A stretch of 64,000 nt of DNA, taken from contig CAVYGB010000008.1 in NCBI GenBank assembly GCA_963767925.1, positions 3,168,001 through 3,232,000 on the forward strand, in the 5' to 3' direction. Positions 39,292 to 49,231 of this stretch are shown here, one piece after another (positions within the stretch are counted from its first letter, which is position 1; the number at the start of each line of letters is the position of its first letter). The notes under the pieces were generated by a model. The model searched no databases, was not told the DNA's origin, and saw only the letters and a program-made list of their open reading frames with translations. This DNA is from an uncultured delta proteobacterium (GTDB lineage Bacteria > Myxococcota_A > Polyangia > Fen-1088). A program made the position numbers and the translations under genes.

Positions 39292-41007
39292 TTAGCGGCG
39301 CTTGCGCGACCGCCGGAACAAGAAGCCCAGCAGGAGGGCGGCGGCGGCGCTGGCCAGGCCCAGGCGCTCGCTGTCGCGACCGGGGGCGAAGCGGCAGCCG
39401 AAGAGCCCACCCTCGTCGGCGGCGGGCGCCGGGATGGCGAGCTGCTGCGGCAGGGGGAGGGCGCAGGAGGCCACCGGCTGGCAGGCGCTCCACTGGTTGC
39501 CGGTGCAGCGGCGCTCGGCCGCGCAGCCGAGGTAGCTGCAGGCCTCCTTGGTCCCCTCCTCGCAGCCGGGGGCGCAGGGGATGCCGAGGGCGGTGATCTG
39601 CTCCTGCACCGACTTGATGCGGGCCGGGATCCAGTCGCGCAGCCGCTTGTATTCGGAGCCGACGCTCTTGGAGACCGGGCCCAGGGGATCGTTGCCCTGC
39701 CAGACCAGGTCCTTCTCCAGCGGGACGATGGGCGAGATGGTGTTGTAGACCTCGTCCCACAGCTTCACCACCGAGTCGGCGGCGAGGCTTCCCTTGGTGA
39801 GCTGGCACATGGTCTTGAGGTACCGCTGCTTGATCTCCTGCGGCTCCTCCGGCTTCACGCAGATGGTGCGCTTGCCGATCGCCGACAGGCTGTCGGGACA
39901 CCAGCGGAACAGGGGCTCGGCGGGCGAGCACATCAACATCGCGCTGCCGGCGCTGGCCACGCCGGCCGGCGGGGGCGCGCAGTTGCCGTGCTGCTGGCCG
40001 AAGGTGAGGTCGACGTCCCAGGGCATGAACTGGCGCTTGCCCCGCTTGGGGTCGAAGGTGAAGTAGTTGAGGCCCTCGTTCTGGCGGTTGGCCGCCGTCA
40101 GGATGGTGTCGTCGCCGTTGACCAGGATCTCGCGGATGGCCTCCTGGCGCAGGAGGGTCTCGAGGTCCACCCCCTTCTCGACCTCGGCCATCCAGGCGCC
40201 GGGCGCGGGAAAGTCGGCCGGGTTCTTGGCCAGCAGCTCGCTCCAGGCGGCGGCCGCCTCGTTGGGCGGGCCGTCGTCGTATTCGACCTCGTTGTTGCAG
40301 TTGTCCTTCGTCGACTTGATGAGGCGGCCGTCGTTGTCCCCGAAGTAGCGCTTGACCGCCGCCCGGTCGATGTCCTCGGCGATCATGTACAGGCCCCGGT
40401 ACTGGCCCTGCTCGGCCCCGTCGAGGTGCAGGTACATCTTTGCGTAGGCGGTGCCGGGGGTGGAGGGGATCTCCCGCTTGAGCAGCCGCAGGGCCACGTG
40501 TTCGGTCATCAGCACCGGCAACATCAGGTTGTCCATCCGGCTGGGCGGCTTGTTGCCCTGGCCGTTGGCCAGCGTGAGCTTGCGGTAGCCGAGGTCGCCG
40601 AAGGAGGCCGGCCAGCTCTGGTTGCGAGCCTCGGGCACCGCGCCCATGAAGTCCTGGTTGAAGTCGATCTTGAGCGGCGGCTTCTGGGGCGCCTCGTTGC
40701 CCCGCTCCTGCCCGCGCTTCTTGCGCAGCGAGACCTTCAGCCAGGCACCGGAGTCGCCGCAGCGGAACTCGGCCTTGTACTGCTGGTACTTGTACATGCA
40801 CTGGGCCGGGGCGAAGAGATCGCCGTCGGGGTTGGCCTTGCTGGCGTCCTCGTCGAGGATCGCCTGCCAGTCCGCCTTGCTCACCCGGACGTGGAAGTCG
40901 AGGACCTTGGTCGGGTCCGCGAACGGGTTGTTACAGTCGGCGCGGGCCTCGGTGTGCGCGAAAACGATTACAGCGAGTCCAGTCAGCAGGCAACGTGTCC
41001 ACGTCAT
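39292..41007 (-). CDS. CotH-kinase-like secreted protein with MYXO-CTERM anchor
   Basis: KKRG, KPPLKIDF, KLTLAN, GLYMIAEDID, N-D (NGDD), NYF, PWDVDLTFG; C-terminal GGLFGC...LLLGFLFRRSRKRR. Confidence 0.8.
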   Translation of the reverse strand: MTWTRCLLTGLAVIVFAHTEARADCNNPFADPTKVLDFHVRVSKADWQAILDEDASKANPDGDLFAPAQCMYKYQQYKAEFRCGDSGAWLKVSLRKKRGQERGNEAPQKPPLKIDFNQDFMGAVPEARNQSWPASFGDLGYRKLTLANGQGNKPPSRMDNLMLPVLMTEHVALRLLKREIPSTPGTAYAKMYLHLDGAEQGQYRGLYMIAEDIDRAAVKRYFGDNDGRLIKSTKDNCNNEVEYDDGPPNEAAAAWSELLAKNPADFPAPGAWMAEVEKGVDLETLLRQEAIREILVNGDDTILTAANRQNEGLNYFTFDPKRGKRQFMPWDVDLTFGQQHGNCAPPPAGVASAGSAMLMCSPAEPLFRWCPDSLSAIGKRTICVKPEEPQEIKQRYLKTMCQLTKGSLAADSVVKLWDEVYNTISPIVPLEKDLVWQGNDPLGPVSKSVGSEYKRLRDWIPARIKSVQEQITALGIPCAPGCEEGTKEACSYLGCAAERRCTGNQWSACQPVASCALPLPQQLAIPAPAADEGGLFGCRFAPGRDSERLGLASAAAALLLGFLFRRSRKRR

Positions 41008-41109
41008 GGGCGCTCTCCTTGCACGGGGTGGGGGGTGGACGGCGCGGGAGAACGTTTCGGCCTCGCCGGCTCAGCCCCTCCGGTGGCAAGCGCCCCGACC
41101 GTACTCCCC

Positions 41110-41127
41110 GTGACACGGATGTGACAC
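41110..41127 (-). promoter_or_regulatory. Putative Pho box upstream of the CotH-like gene
   Basis: GTGACAC-GGAT-GTGACAC, a perfect 7-bp direct repeat with 11-bp period, oriented with the gene. Confidence 0.6.
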
Positions 41128-41269
41128 TCCCCACCGGGGCGGTGTCAAGGACTACCCAAGTCCGCGTCAATAGTGGAGTTGCGCCGGCCCCCTCACGCAG
41201 GACGCCGAGCTGGTTCAGGAGCGGAATCCCGCGCGAGCCGGTGCCCGCCTGCACCGTCTTCGAACTACC

Positions 41270-41433
41270 CTAGTCCCCTGGAAAGTGAAGTCTTGCATAT
41301 GTCGGCGAGGCATCTTCGTTCCTGGCAAGGCGCGAGGAGGGCGAATACCCGGCGTATTTAACCGACGAGCAACGCAGCCAGGGTCGAAGAGGACCGGCGA
41401 GATAGGCAAGAAATCACCTTTCCAGGGGACTAG
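41270..41433. mobile_element. ~165-bp hairpin MITE-like element, copy 1
   Basis: Terminal inverted repeats CTAGTCCCCTGGAA...TTCCAGGGGACTAG; near-identical inverted copy at 53637-53801. Confidence 0.85.
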
Positions 41434-42704
41434 CTGGCCCAGGCCATCAGCACGGCGACAACGCCGCCCACCAGCGACATGAAGCTCAACCCGAAGAAGG
41501 TATACGCTCGGAACGAGCCGGCCCCGGTTACCACCGCCACAAGCGACTTGAACAGGTTGTTGCTGGCGCAGGCGATGACGATCCCGCCGGTGGCCTGGGC
41601 GATGGTCTCGGGGCGAGCGCCCCGGGCCAGCGCGATCGAGACGGCGTCGACGTCGATGAAGCCCGACAGCAGGGCGGCGATCAGGGTGCCGTTGCTCCCG
41701 AAGGCGGCCTCGCAAGCGCGCACCAGCAGCAGGGCGCCCGCGAAGACCGCCCCGAAGGCGATGGCCGAGCGCAGGCTGAAGGGGTTGTTCAACGTCTTCT
41801 TCGGCTCGCGAGGGGCCGCGCTCTCCGGGTTCCCGCCCGTGCCCCGCCGGAGCAGCAGCGACAGGATCACGCCGGTCACCGCCATGGCCCCCACCGCCGG
41901 GGCCACCCCCGGCAGGAGCATGGGACCGGCCGCCGCCACCAGCACCAGCAGGCGGCCGCACATCACGCTGGTGCCGAGGAGCGCCCCGGCGGCGATGGCC
42001 CGCCCGGCCTCCGGCGCCTCGCGCGAGCGCTCGGCCATCGCCATCGTGACCGCGGTGCTCGAGACCAGGCCGCCGAGGCCGGCGGCCCAGAACAGCCCGC
42101 CGTGTTCGCCTCGCCAGCGAACGGCGATGAAGCCGGCGAAGGAGACCGCCGAGACCAGCACCACCACCATCCAGATCCGGAAGGGGTTGAGCACGCCCCA
42201 GGGGCCGTAGCCGTGATCGGGGACCAGCGGCAGCACGATGGCCGAGATCACCGCCAGCTCGAGCACCGCCGAGATCTCCGGCTCGCTGAGGGCGCGGGAC
42301 AGCCGCTCGAGGCTGGGCTTGACCGCCAGCAGGACCGCCACCGCCACCCCCGCCGCGCCCGCCACCACGAGCTGGCCGACGCCCGCCATGGCTCCCAGGG
42401 CGAAGGCCCCCAGCGCCGCCACCTCGGTCGTGGCGCCCATGTCCCCCTCCCCCGCCCCGCGCGCGTAGGAGACCAGGGAGATCCCGGCGATGGCCAGGAA
42501 CCCGGCCAGCAGCGGCCAGGGGCCGAGCTCGCTGCGCAGCAGGGTGAGGGCCGCGCCCAGCAGGGCGATGAGGGGGAAGGTGCGGATGCCGGCGAAGAGC
42601 TGGCGCTGCTTGCGCACCTCCGCCCGCTCCCGATCGAGGCCGATCAACAGGCCCACCAGCAGCGCCACCGCCAGGCTCTGCAGCGACTCGGAGGTGGTGG
42701 GCAT
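41430..42704 (-). CDS. MgtC/SapB-DUF4010 membrane protein
   Basis: GLLIGLDRE, AGIRTFPLIAL, GGLVSSTAVT, DVDA. Confidence 0.9.
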   Translation of the reverse strand: MPTTSESLQSLAVALLVGLLIGLDRERAEVRKQRQLFAGIRTFPLIALLGAALTLLRSELGPWPLLAGFLAIAGISLVSYARGAGEGDMGATTEVAALGAFALGAMAGVGQLVVAGAAGVAVAVLLAVKPSLERLSRALSEPEISAVLELAVISAIVLPLVPDHGYGPWGVLNPFRIWMVVVLVSAVSFAGFIAVRWRGEHGGLFWAAGLGGLVSSTAVTMAMAERSREAPEAGRAIAAGALLGTSVMCGRLLVLVAAAGPMLLPGVAPAVGAMAVTGVILSLLLRRGTGGNPESAAPREPKKTLNNPFSLRSAIAFGAVFAGALLLVRACEAAFGSNGTLIAALLSGFIDVDAVSIALARGARPETIAQATGGIVIACASNNLFKSLVAVVTGAGSFRAYTFFGLSFMSLVGGVVAVLMAWAS

Positions 42705-43699
42705 CAGGCCTCCGGGTGCCCGGGCCGATCGAGGCGACCGCCGGCGTAGCGTTCGCGCACGAGGTAGGTCGAGACGTTCGAGGCCTCGTGGTAGGTGCGC
42801 ATCGTGATCTCGGCCAGCACCCCCAGCAGGATCGAGATGCCGCCGATGAGGAAAAACATCACCACCAGCAGGGGCAAAGGCGTCTCCACGAAGGTCTTGC
42901 CCCCCCAGAACTTGAACCAGATCATCGCCCCGAACAGCACCAGCGAGGAAAACAGGCTGAACAGGCCGAACTTGCCGAACACGTGCATCGGCTTGGTCCC
43001 ATATTTCCAGAGGAACTGCACCAGCAGCAGATCGAGCAGCACGTTGGGGACGCGGCCCAGCCCGTATTTGCTGCGCCCGTGGCGGCGGGGGTTGTGGCCC
43101 ACCACCAGCTCGGCCACCCGGGCGCCCCGCTGGGCGGCGTAGATGGGGATCAACCGGTGCATCTCGCCATAAAGCCGGATCCCGCTCAGCACCTCGCGCC
43201 GGTAGGCCTTGAGGGTGCAGCCGAAGTCGTGAAGGCGGACGCCCGAGACCCGGGAGATGAGCCAGTTGGCCAGCCAGGAGGGCAGCCGCCGCGACAGGGC
43301 CCGGTCCTGGCGCTGCCGGCGCCAGCCCGAGACGACGTCGTAGCCCTCGTCGAGCTTGTCGAGCAGGCCGGGCAGGTCGGCCGGGTCGTTCTGCAGGTCG
43401 GCGTCGAGGGCGATCACCACCTCACCCCGGGCCGCCTCGAAGCCGGCCTGCATGGCCGCGGTCTGCCCGAAGTTGCGCACCAGGCGCAGGACCCGCAGGT
43501 AGGGGCGCCCGCCTGTCGCTTCACGCAGCAGGGCGGCCGAGCCGTCGGTGCTGCCGTCGTCCACCACGATCATCTCCACCTCCAGCCCCCGGCCTTGCAG
43601 CGTGGGGATCACCTTGTCGACGGCAGCCAGCAGGTCGGGAAGGGACTCCGCCTCGTTGAAGGCCGAGGCCACCAGGCTCACCGAGCGACGCTCGCCCAT
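42704..43699 (-). CDS. GT2 polyprenol-phosphate glycosyltransferase (ArnC-like)
   Basis: VDDGSTD, RNFGQTAA, DADLQNDP, HDFGCTLKAYR, two C-terminal TM helices. Confidence 0.92.
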   Translation of the reverse strand: MGERRSVSLVASAFNEAESLPDLLAAVDKVIPTLQGRGLEVEMIVVDDGSTDGSAALLREATGGRPYLRVLRLVRNFGQTAAMQAGFEAARGEVVIALDADLQNDPADLPGLLDKLDEGYDVVSGWRRQRQDRALSRRLPSWLANWLISRVSGVRLHDFGCTLKAYRREVLSGIRLYGEMHRLIPIYAAQRGARVAELVVGHNPRRHGRSKYGLGRVPNVLLDLLLVQFLWKYGTKPMHVFGKFGLFSLFSSLVLFGAMIWFKFWGGKTFVETPLPLLVVMFFLIGGISILLGVLAEITMRTYHEASNVSTYLVRERYAGGRLDRPGHPEA

Positions 43700-43714
43700 G
43701 TTGCTGGACGATAC

Positions 43715-44695
43715 CTACCACCGACGGTCGAAACGAAGCTCTTTCTTGTAGACGATGCGGATGGGGTGGCAAAAGGGCCGGGGCGATCCGCTCACCAGGC
43801 GCGGGCGATAGCGCCAGGAGCGGATCGCATTGATCAGGAAGCCGTCGGTGTCGTTGCCCGCGCTCTGGCGAACCACGACGTCGTTCACCGTGCCCCGCTC
43901 GGTGACGCAGACCTCGACCATCACCGTGTTGGTGGTCTTGCCCGGAGGCCAGCAGACCTCGGGCAGGGAGGGGAAGCTCTCGTAGGTGCGCAGGTAGGCC
44001 GCGTAATCCATCGAGACGCGAGAGGGCCGGCCGGGCAGCGGCACGCCCACCACCTGGACGTCGTCGGTTCCGAAGGCCTCCTCGAGCGACGCGGTCCCCT
44101 CGTCCTCCACGACCTTCGGCTCCTTCGGGCGGGACTTGGTGCGGGGCTCGCGCGCGGCCAGCACGCCCTCCCCGCCCGGCCCATGCCCGTCGCCGCCCGG
44201 TCCCCCGCTGCCGATCCCGGTGCCGTCGCCCGAGACCCCGCCCAGGCCGTTGCCGCCGGGACCGTGGTGGGCGGCGTCGTCCTCGACGTGCTCCTCGGGA
44301 CCGATGGCGGTCGGCTTGACCGCCAGCACGGTCTGCGACTTGCTCTCGCTCGGCAGGGCCAGCGGCCGGCGGGAGCGCCGCTTGACCGGGCCGGAGGCAC
44401 CCCGCCGCTCGCGGCCCGAGCCGCCGGCGGTGGCCGATCCCCCACCCGAGCCCGGGGCGGAGAGCCCCGGGAAATACGAGTCCATGTGCACCGGCACCCG
44501 GTACAGCAGGGCCTCCTTCTGGGGGCTGGCCAGGTCGTAGCTTCCGCCTCCCAGCAGCAGGGCCTGGGTCAGCCAGCTCACAACGAAGGCGGTGGCCGGC
44601 GGCGCGTGCACGCTCAACGACACGAAGTAGCCAAAGATGCGCAGGCCGAGTGGCCTCGCCCGCGTGTCGTTTAGGAACGCCTGGAACGGCAACAT
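43715..44695 (-). CDS. TonB C-terminal domain protein
   Basis: N-terminal hydrophobic SLSVH anchor, Gly-rich linker, VEVCVTERGTV...IRSWRYRP; start uncertain. Confidence 0.7.
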   Translation of the reverse strand: MLPFQAFLNDTRARPLGLRIFGYFVSLSVHAPPATAFVVSWLTQALLLGGGSYDLASPQKEALLYRVPVHMDSYFPGLSAPGSGGGSATAGGSGRERRGASGPVKRRSRRPLALPSESKSQTVLAVKPTAIGPEEHVEDDAAHHGPGGNGLGGVSGDGTGIGSGGPGGDGHGPGGEGVLAAREPRTKSRPKEPKVVEDEGTASLEEAFGTDDVQVVGVPLPGRPSRVSMDYAAYLRTYESFPSLPEVCWPPGKTTNTVMVEVCVTERGTVNDVVVRQSAGNDTDGFLINAIRSWRYRPRLVSGSPRPFCHPIRIVYKKELRFDRRW

Positions 44696-44856
44696 CTGGT
44701 CCCGATGGTCCCAACGCGCGGCCCGCAGATGGGGTTTCGATTCTACACCTCGGTCCCGGAAAAGCGCCGCGACTTGTGGCGATCTCGAATCCAATTCGTT
44801 GCCTCCCAGGTCGCCCCCCGCCCGATGAAGCCCTGCGGCATGCAGCCGCTGCCGCC

Positions 44857-46521
44857 TCAGCGAGCGAACATCGACTCGATGGGACGGACGGTGGTGGCGT
44901 CGGCCGACACGGCGAGCGGGAGGCGCTCGATGATCGCGTCTTCGCGGAGGATCTCCGGCGGCGTCCCGGCGGTGTCGTACACGATGGGGCTGGGCCCGCC
45001 GGCGAGCAGCCGGTCCCGGACCTCCCCGGCGCGCGACGTGACCAGCGCTGCCGCCCATTGGCGCGCCGACAGGTGCTTGCGCACGGCGCGGTCGACGTCC
45101 GCCTTCTTCATCTTCGGCAGTCGGCGGGCCAGCTCGGCGATCAGCTCCTTGCCGTAGACGAGGCCGTCGATGGCGTAGCCCAGGCGGCGGGAGGCGTCCT
45201 GGGTCCACAGCTTCGAGTAGTTGAGCAGGAACCGCCGGGTCTCCTCGAAGGCCTGCTCCGGGATCCCCTCGCGCAGCAGCCGCTCGGTCTCGAAGAGGGC
45301 CTGGCGGAGGGCGAAGATCGCGTTGTCCGGCTGGACCGGGCGGATCCAGATCTCGAAGTGCTGCTGGCGGCGGGGCACGTTGGGCACGGGAAAGGTGGAC
45401 CAGCCGTCCTGGATGAAGTTCTCCACGTAGGCGTAGTCGCCGTAGTTCAGGCCCCGCAGGCCCCGCATCCGCTGCATGAGGACCCCGTTGAAGGTCCGGT
45501 GCTCGCCCAGGTAGGAGCGGGCCACCGTGAGCGGATAGAAGTCGGGGTCGGCCCGGGTGATGGCGAGGGGATGGCCGATCGAGATGGCGGTGGCGGCCGC
45601 GTCCTTCTCCACCAGCAGCACCTCCGGGCCCGAACGGGTGGGCGGCGGCGGCAGGTCGGGGAGCGCCGGATCGCCGGCCGGGAGCCGGGCCAGGCGTCGC
45701 AGGAAGCGCCCGGGGAAATCGCGGGGAAAGCCGCCGGCGATCCCGACGATCAGGCGGCCGCGGGTGAAGTGCTGCCGGTAGAAGGCCTGCACGTCGGGCA
45801 GGGTGATGGCCGCCAGGCCCGCCTCGGTCCCCTCGGGCGGATGGCCGTAGGGGTGGCCGCGGTACAGGACGGCGGCGAGCGCCTCCTTGCCGAGGGCCTC
45901 GTCGTCGTTGCCGCGCAGGCTCTTGCCGATGTGGTCGAGGGCGACCTGGTGGTTGCGCTGGAAGTCGTCCCGGGAGAACCGCGGCTCGAGGATCTGGTCG
46001 GCCAGGAGCTCGGCGAACCGCTCGAGGTTGTCCCGGTGGATCATCCCCTGGAACACCACCGAGTCGCGGTCGCCGTAAAAGCCGATCCGGGCCGCCAGCG
46101 GGTAGAGCGCCTCGAGCAGCTCGGCGTAGCTGCGCGCGCGGGAGCCGCCCTGGCCCAGCATCGCCGCGGTGAGGGCCGCCAGCCCCTCCTGGCCCGGCGG
46201 ATCGAGGGCCGAGCCCACCGGAAAGTAGAGGCGCAGGGCCACCAGGGGGTTGTTCCGGGAGGGCAGGAGCACGGTGCGGATCGCCTGCCCCGGCTGGCGG
46301 GCGCCGCGGGCCCGGGCGGCGATCTTGCCGCCCGCCCTGCCGGTCGGGCGGGCAGCGCGCTTCGCCTTCGCCGTGGGCTGCTTCTTTGCCTTCAGCGGGG
46401 CCGGCTTCTTCCCCTTGGCCTTCGCTTTCGGCGCGGCTCGCCTCTTCGCCTTGGGCGGGGCCTTCCCCTTCTTGGTCCTGGCCGCTGGCTTCGCCACCTT
46501 GGTGGGTCGCCGGGCGCTCAC
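44857..46521 (-). CDS. M16B peptidase, non-catalytic subunit, with Lys/Ala-rich N-tail
   Basis: GSALDPPGQEGLAALTA (no HxxEH), HPYGHP, RGLNYG. Confidence 0.88.
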   Translation of the reverse strand: MSARRPTKVAKPAARTKKGKAPPKAKRRAAPKAKAKGKKPAPLKAKKQPTAKAKRAARPTGRAGGKIAARARGARQPGQAIRTVLLPSRNNPLVALRLYFPVGSALDPPGQEGLAALTAAMLGQGGSRARSYAELLEALYPLAARIGFYGDRDSVVFQGMIHRDNLERFAELLADQILEPRFSRDDFQRNHQVALDHIGKSLRGNDDEALGKEALAAVLYRGHPYGHPPEGTEAGLAAITLPDVQAFYRQHFTRGRLIVGIAGGFPRDFPGRFLRRLARLPAGDPALPDLPPPPTRSGPEVLLVEKDAAATAISIGHPLAITRADPDFYPLTVARSYLGEHRTFNGVLMQRMRGLRGLNYGDYAYVENFIQDGWSTFPVPNVPRRQQHFEIWIRPVQPDNAIFALRQALFETERLLREGIPEQAFEETRRFLLNYSKLWTQDASRRLGYAIDGLVYGKELIAELARRLPKMKKADVDRAVRKHLSARQWAAALVTSRAGEVRDRLLAGGPSPIVYDTAGTPPEILREDAIIERLPLAVSADATTVRPIESMFAR

Positions 46522-47858
46522 GAGGGCCGCCCCGCGAGGGTGACGAGGGTGCGGTTGTCCGGAACGAAGTAGGTGCGGGCCACCCGCCGCACGTCCTCCG
46601 CGGTCACCCGGGGGTACTGGGCGTGGTAGGCGTTGACCGAGGGGAGGTCGCCGGCGAGCGCGATGAAGTGCGCCCCGATGCCAGCCACCTTGTCGGCGGT
46701 GGTCAGGCCGTGGGCGAAGGAGTAGCGGATGCTGGACAGCACCTCTTGCAGCGTGCGGTCGTCCACCCCCTCCTCGGCGATGCGGGCGATCTCTCCGTCG
46801 ATCGCCGCCTCCACCTCGGGCAAGTGCTCGGGGCGCCTGACCCGGGCCAGCACGGAGAAGAGGTTGGGGTCGACGTGCAGGTCGTTCGAGCCCGAGAGGC
46901 TGTCGACCTTCTGCTCGTCGATCACCAGGCGCCGGAACAGCGGCGCCCGCTCGGAGAAGAGCAGCTCGGCCAGCACGTCGAGCGCCTGCAGGTCGAGGTT
47001 GCTGGTGGAGAAGGCGGGCGTGTGCCAGCCCTCGAGCAGCAGGGGCAAGGTGGGACCGGGCCAGTCCAGGGTCACCCGCTTCTCCTCGGTCTGGGGCGGC
47101 TCGACCGGGATGACCGGCCGCTCGGGGCCGGCGCCCCAGTCGCCGTAACCCTGCTCGACAAGCGGCCGCACCTCGTCCATCGTCGTGTCGCCCACCGCCA
47201 GCAGCACGACGTTGTCGGGGCGGTAGTAGCGATCGAAGAACTGCCGGGAGAAGTCGAACTGGTTGGGCATGTCGACGATGTCCCGGAGAAACCCCATGGT
47301 CGTGTGCTGGTAGGGGTGGGTGGAGAAGGCGTTTTCCATCAGGGCCTCGAACAGCTTCTGCAGGGGGTTGGAGGCGCCCTTGTTGTATTCGCCCAGCACC
47401 GCCCGGGCCTCCTTCTGGAACTCCGGCTCGCGGTAGGCCAGGTGGCGGAAGCGGTCGGCCTCCAGCTCGACGATGCGGGGCAGGGCCGTCTTGCCGGCGA
47501 GGATGTGGTACACGGTCAGATCGTTCGAGGTGAAGGCGTTCGAGTCGGCCCCCATCTTCTTGATCTCGTCGTTGTACGCCTCCTGCGAGTAGCGCTCGGT
47601 CCCCCGGAACATCATGTGCTCGAAGAAGTGGGCGAACCCGGACTTGCCCGGCTCGACCTCGTTCCGGCTGCCGGTGCGGACGACCGAATAGAAGGCCACC
47701 AGCCCGGGCGAATCGAAGGGCACGACGTAGACGCGCAGGCCGCTGGCCAGCGCCTCCTCGTGCACGGGAAACGGGAAAGCGGCGGCGCTGGCCGGGGCCG
47801 CGGCTGACGTCGCCCGCGGCCGGCGCTGCGGGGGAACCTTCTTGCGGGAGCTCTTCAT
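46518..47858 (-). CDS. M16B zinc peptidase, catalytic subunit
   Basis: GSRNE, GFAHFFEHMMFRGT (HxxEH), NAFT, YYRPDN. Confidence 0.93.
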   Translation of the reverse strand: MKSSRKKVPPQRRPRATSAAAPASAAAFPFPVHEEALASGLRVYVVPFDSPGLVAFYSVVRTGSRNEVEPGKSGFAHFFEHMMFRGTERYSQEAYNDEIKKMGADSNAFTSNDLTVYHILAGKTALPRIVELEADRFRHLAYREPEFQKEARAVLGEYNKGASNPLQKLFEALMENAFSTHPYQHTTMGFLRDIVDMPNQFDFSRQFFDRYYRPDNVVLLAVGDTTMDEVRPLVEQGYGDWGAGPERPVIPVEPPQTEEKRVTLDWPGPTLPLLLEGWHTPAFSTSNLDLQALDVLAELLFSERAPLFRRLVIDEQKVDSLSGSNDLHVDPNLFSVLARVRRPEHLPEVEAAIDGEIARIAEEGVDDRTLQEVLSSIRYSFAHGLTTADKVAGIGAHFIALAGDLPSVNAYHAQYPRVTAEDVRRVARTYFVPDNRTLVTLAGRPS

Positions 47859-47936
47859 GGCGGGCCCCGCATCTTAGCGGAGCCGCCCGCGCCCTCCGAC
47901 GGAGAAAGGCGCTCGCTCAACCGGGGACCGGCGGGG

Positions 47937-48545
47937 TCAGCGCCGGACGGGCTTGACGGTGCGGGGCTTCTCGCGCAGGTAGCCCGGGAGGGTGATCCCG
48001 CTCTTGTCGCCGTCGTCCTTGCCGTCTTTGCCCTCGATCTTGGCCTCGAGCTTGGCCCCGTCCTTGGGCGCCAGGAGCACCGGCCGGCGGCGCGGCTGCT
48101 GGCGCGCGCGCACGCGGTGGCCGCTGCGCGGATCGATCGACTCCACCCACACGCCCCCTTCACCGGCCGGGAACTCGCCGGCGCGCGGGAGCATCGAGGC
48201 CTCGAGGAAGTCGTCGACCAGGGCGGCGGCGTCGGCGAAGGCCGGGCGCCAGTCGTCTTCCTGGGTGAAGCGGAGGCGGATGGCGTCGGCCTCGGCGGCG
48301 AAGTGCGACCGCCACAGCACGACCGCCCGGTCCCGCAGGTCGGCGCGCGTGCGCACCTCGGGGATGAAGCGCGCGAGCACCTGCCGCTCCGTCAGCCGCA
48401 AGGTGTACGCGGGGGGGCGATCGCCGCCGCTGGCCGCGTGGGCCGCGGCGACCACGGCCTGTCCCTGCGCTCGGGCTGCCTGCAACGGGCCCACGAAGAC
48501 GGCCACGCCAACCAACCCACCCAGGCAAAGGTAAGGGTGTCGCAT
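47937..48545 (-). CDS. Hypothetical exported protein
   Basis: Signal-like N-terminus (LCLGGLVGVAVFVGPLQAARA); fills the gap between co-oriented genes. Confidence 0.55.
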   Translation of the reverse strand: MRHPYLCLGGLVGVAVFVGPLQAARAQGQAVVAAAHAASGGDRPPAYTLRLTERQVLARFIPEVRTRADLRDRAVVLWRSHFAAEADAIRLRFTQEDDWRPAFADAAALVDDFLEASMLPRAGEFPAGEGGVWVESIDPRSGHRVRARQQPRRRPVLLAPKDGAKLEAKIEGKDGKDDGDKSGITLPGYLREKPRTVKPVRR

Positions 48546-48674
48546 GGGTCCAATTGTACCCCCGCCTCCGGCCGATCGACAAAGATCTAAACGCAGTGCG
48601 ATGGACACGTACCGGTGCGGAGAGTGACCCTGGTCGCGTCGTGCCGAGGGTCGCTACTGAGGCCTGTTTCGGCT

Positions 48675-49109
48675 TTATTTCGAGGTTTTCGAGTTCTTGC
48701 CGCGCCTGGCTCGGGCGGCCTTCGTCGGGGGCGGGCCGCCGGCGCCGCTGGCCTCCTGGGCGCGGGCCCGGGCGCGGGCCAGGACGTCGTCCCAGTCCAT
48801 TTCCCCGGGGGTCAGCGCCCGGCGGGTCGGCTCGGAGGGCGGAGCGGCCGGCAGCTCCGAGGCGGGCGGCTTGAGCGGCTCGGAGGTGGGGCCGAGGATG
48901 ATGATCCCGCTGTCGGTGATGACGATGCCACTCTCGGATTCGGCCCAGGCGTCGGCGGGCAGGGGCGGCGGCGTGGGCGAGTCGTCCAGCGCGCGGAGTC
49001 CGGTCCCGACCAGGGGAGAGGCGGGAAGCGGCAGCACGTGGCCAGCCTGCGGAGCCGCCAGGTCGCTCTGCCGCCTCCACCGCAGCCGCGCGAACAGCTT
49101 CTCCAACAT
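48675..49109 (-). CDS. Hypothetical Pro-rich protein
   Basis: AGGAGG RBS before ATG; EMDWDDVLARAR motif. Confidence 0.55.
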   Translation of the reverse strand: MLEKLFARLRWRRQSDLAAPQAGHVLPLPASPLVGTGLRALDDSPTPPPLPADAWAESESGIVITDSGIIILGPTSEPLKPPASELPAAPPSEPTRRALTPGEMDWDDVLARARARAQEASGAGGPPPTKAARARRGKNSKTSK

Positions 49110-49231
49110 GGTAGGGGGCCTCCTGCTGACTAGACGTTTACCGGATCCAAGTTAGCACCGCCTGCGAAAAAGAGTAGCCATCCGGGGCACCCACAGCGGG
49201 CCGGCCGGCGCACCCGACGGCCGTTCGGCCG

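Noticed and set aside
41285..41482. Near-identical small ORFs (CICRRGIFVPGKARGG...) at 41285 and 53525-53785
   Set aside because: They are translations of the repeated MITE; there is no RBS and their ends differ.
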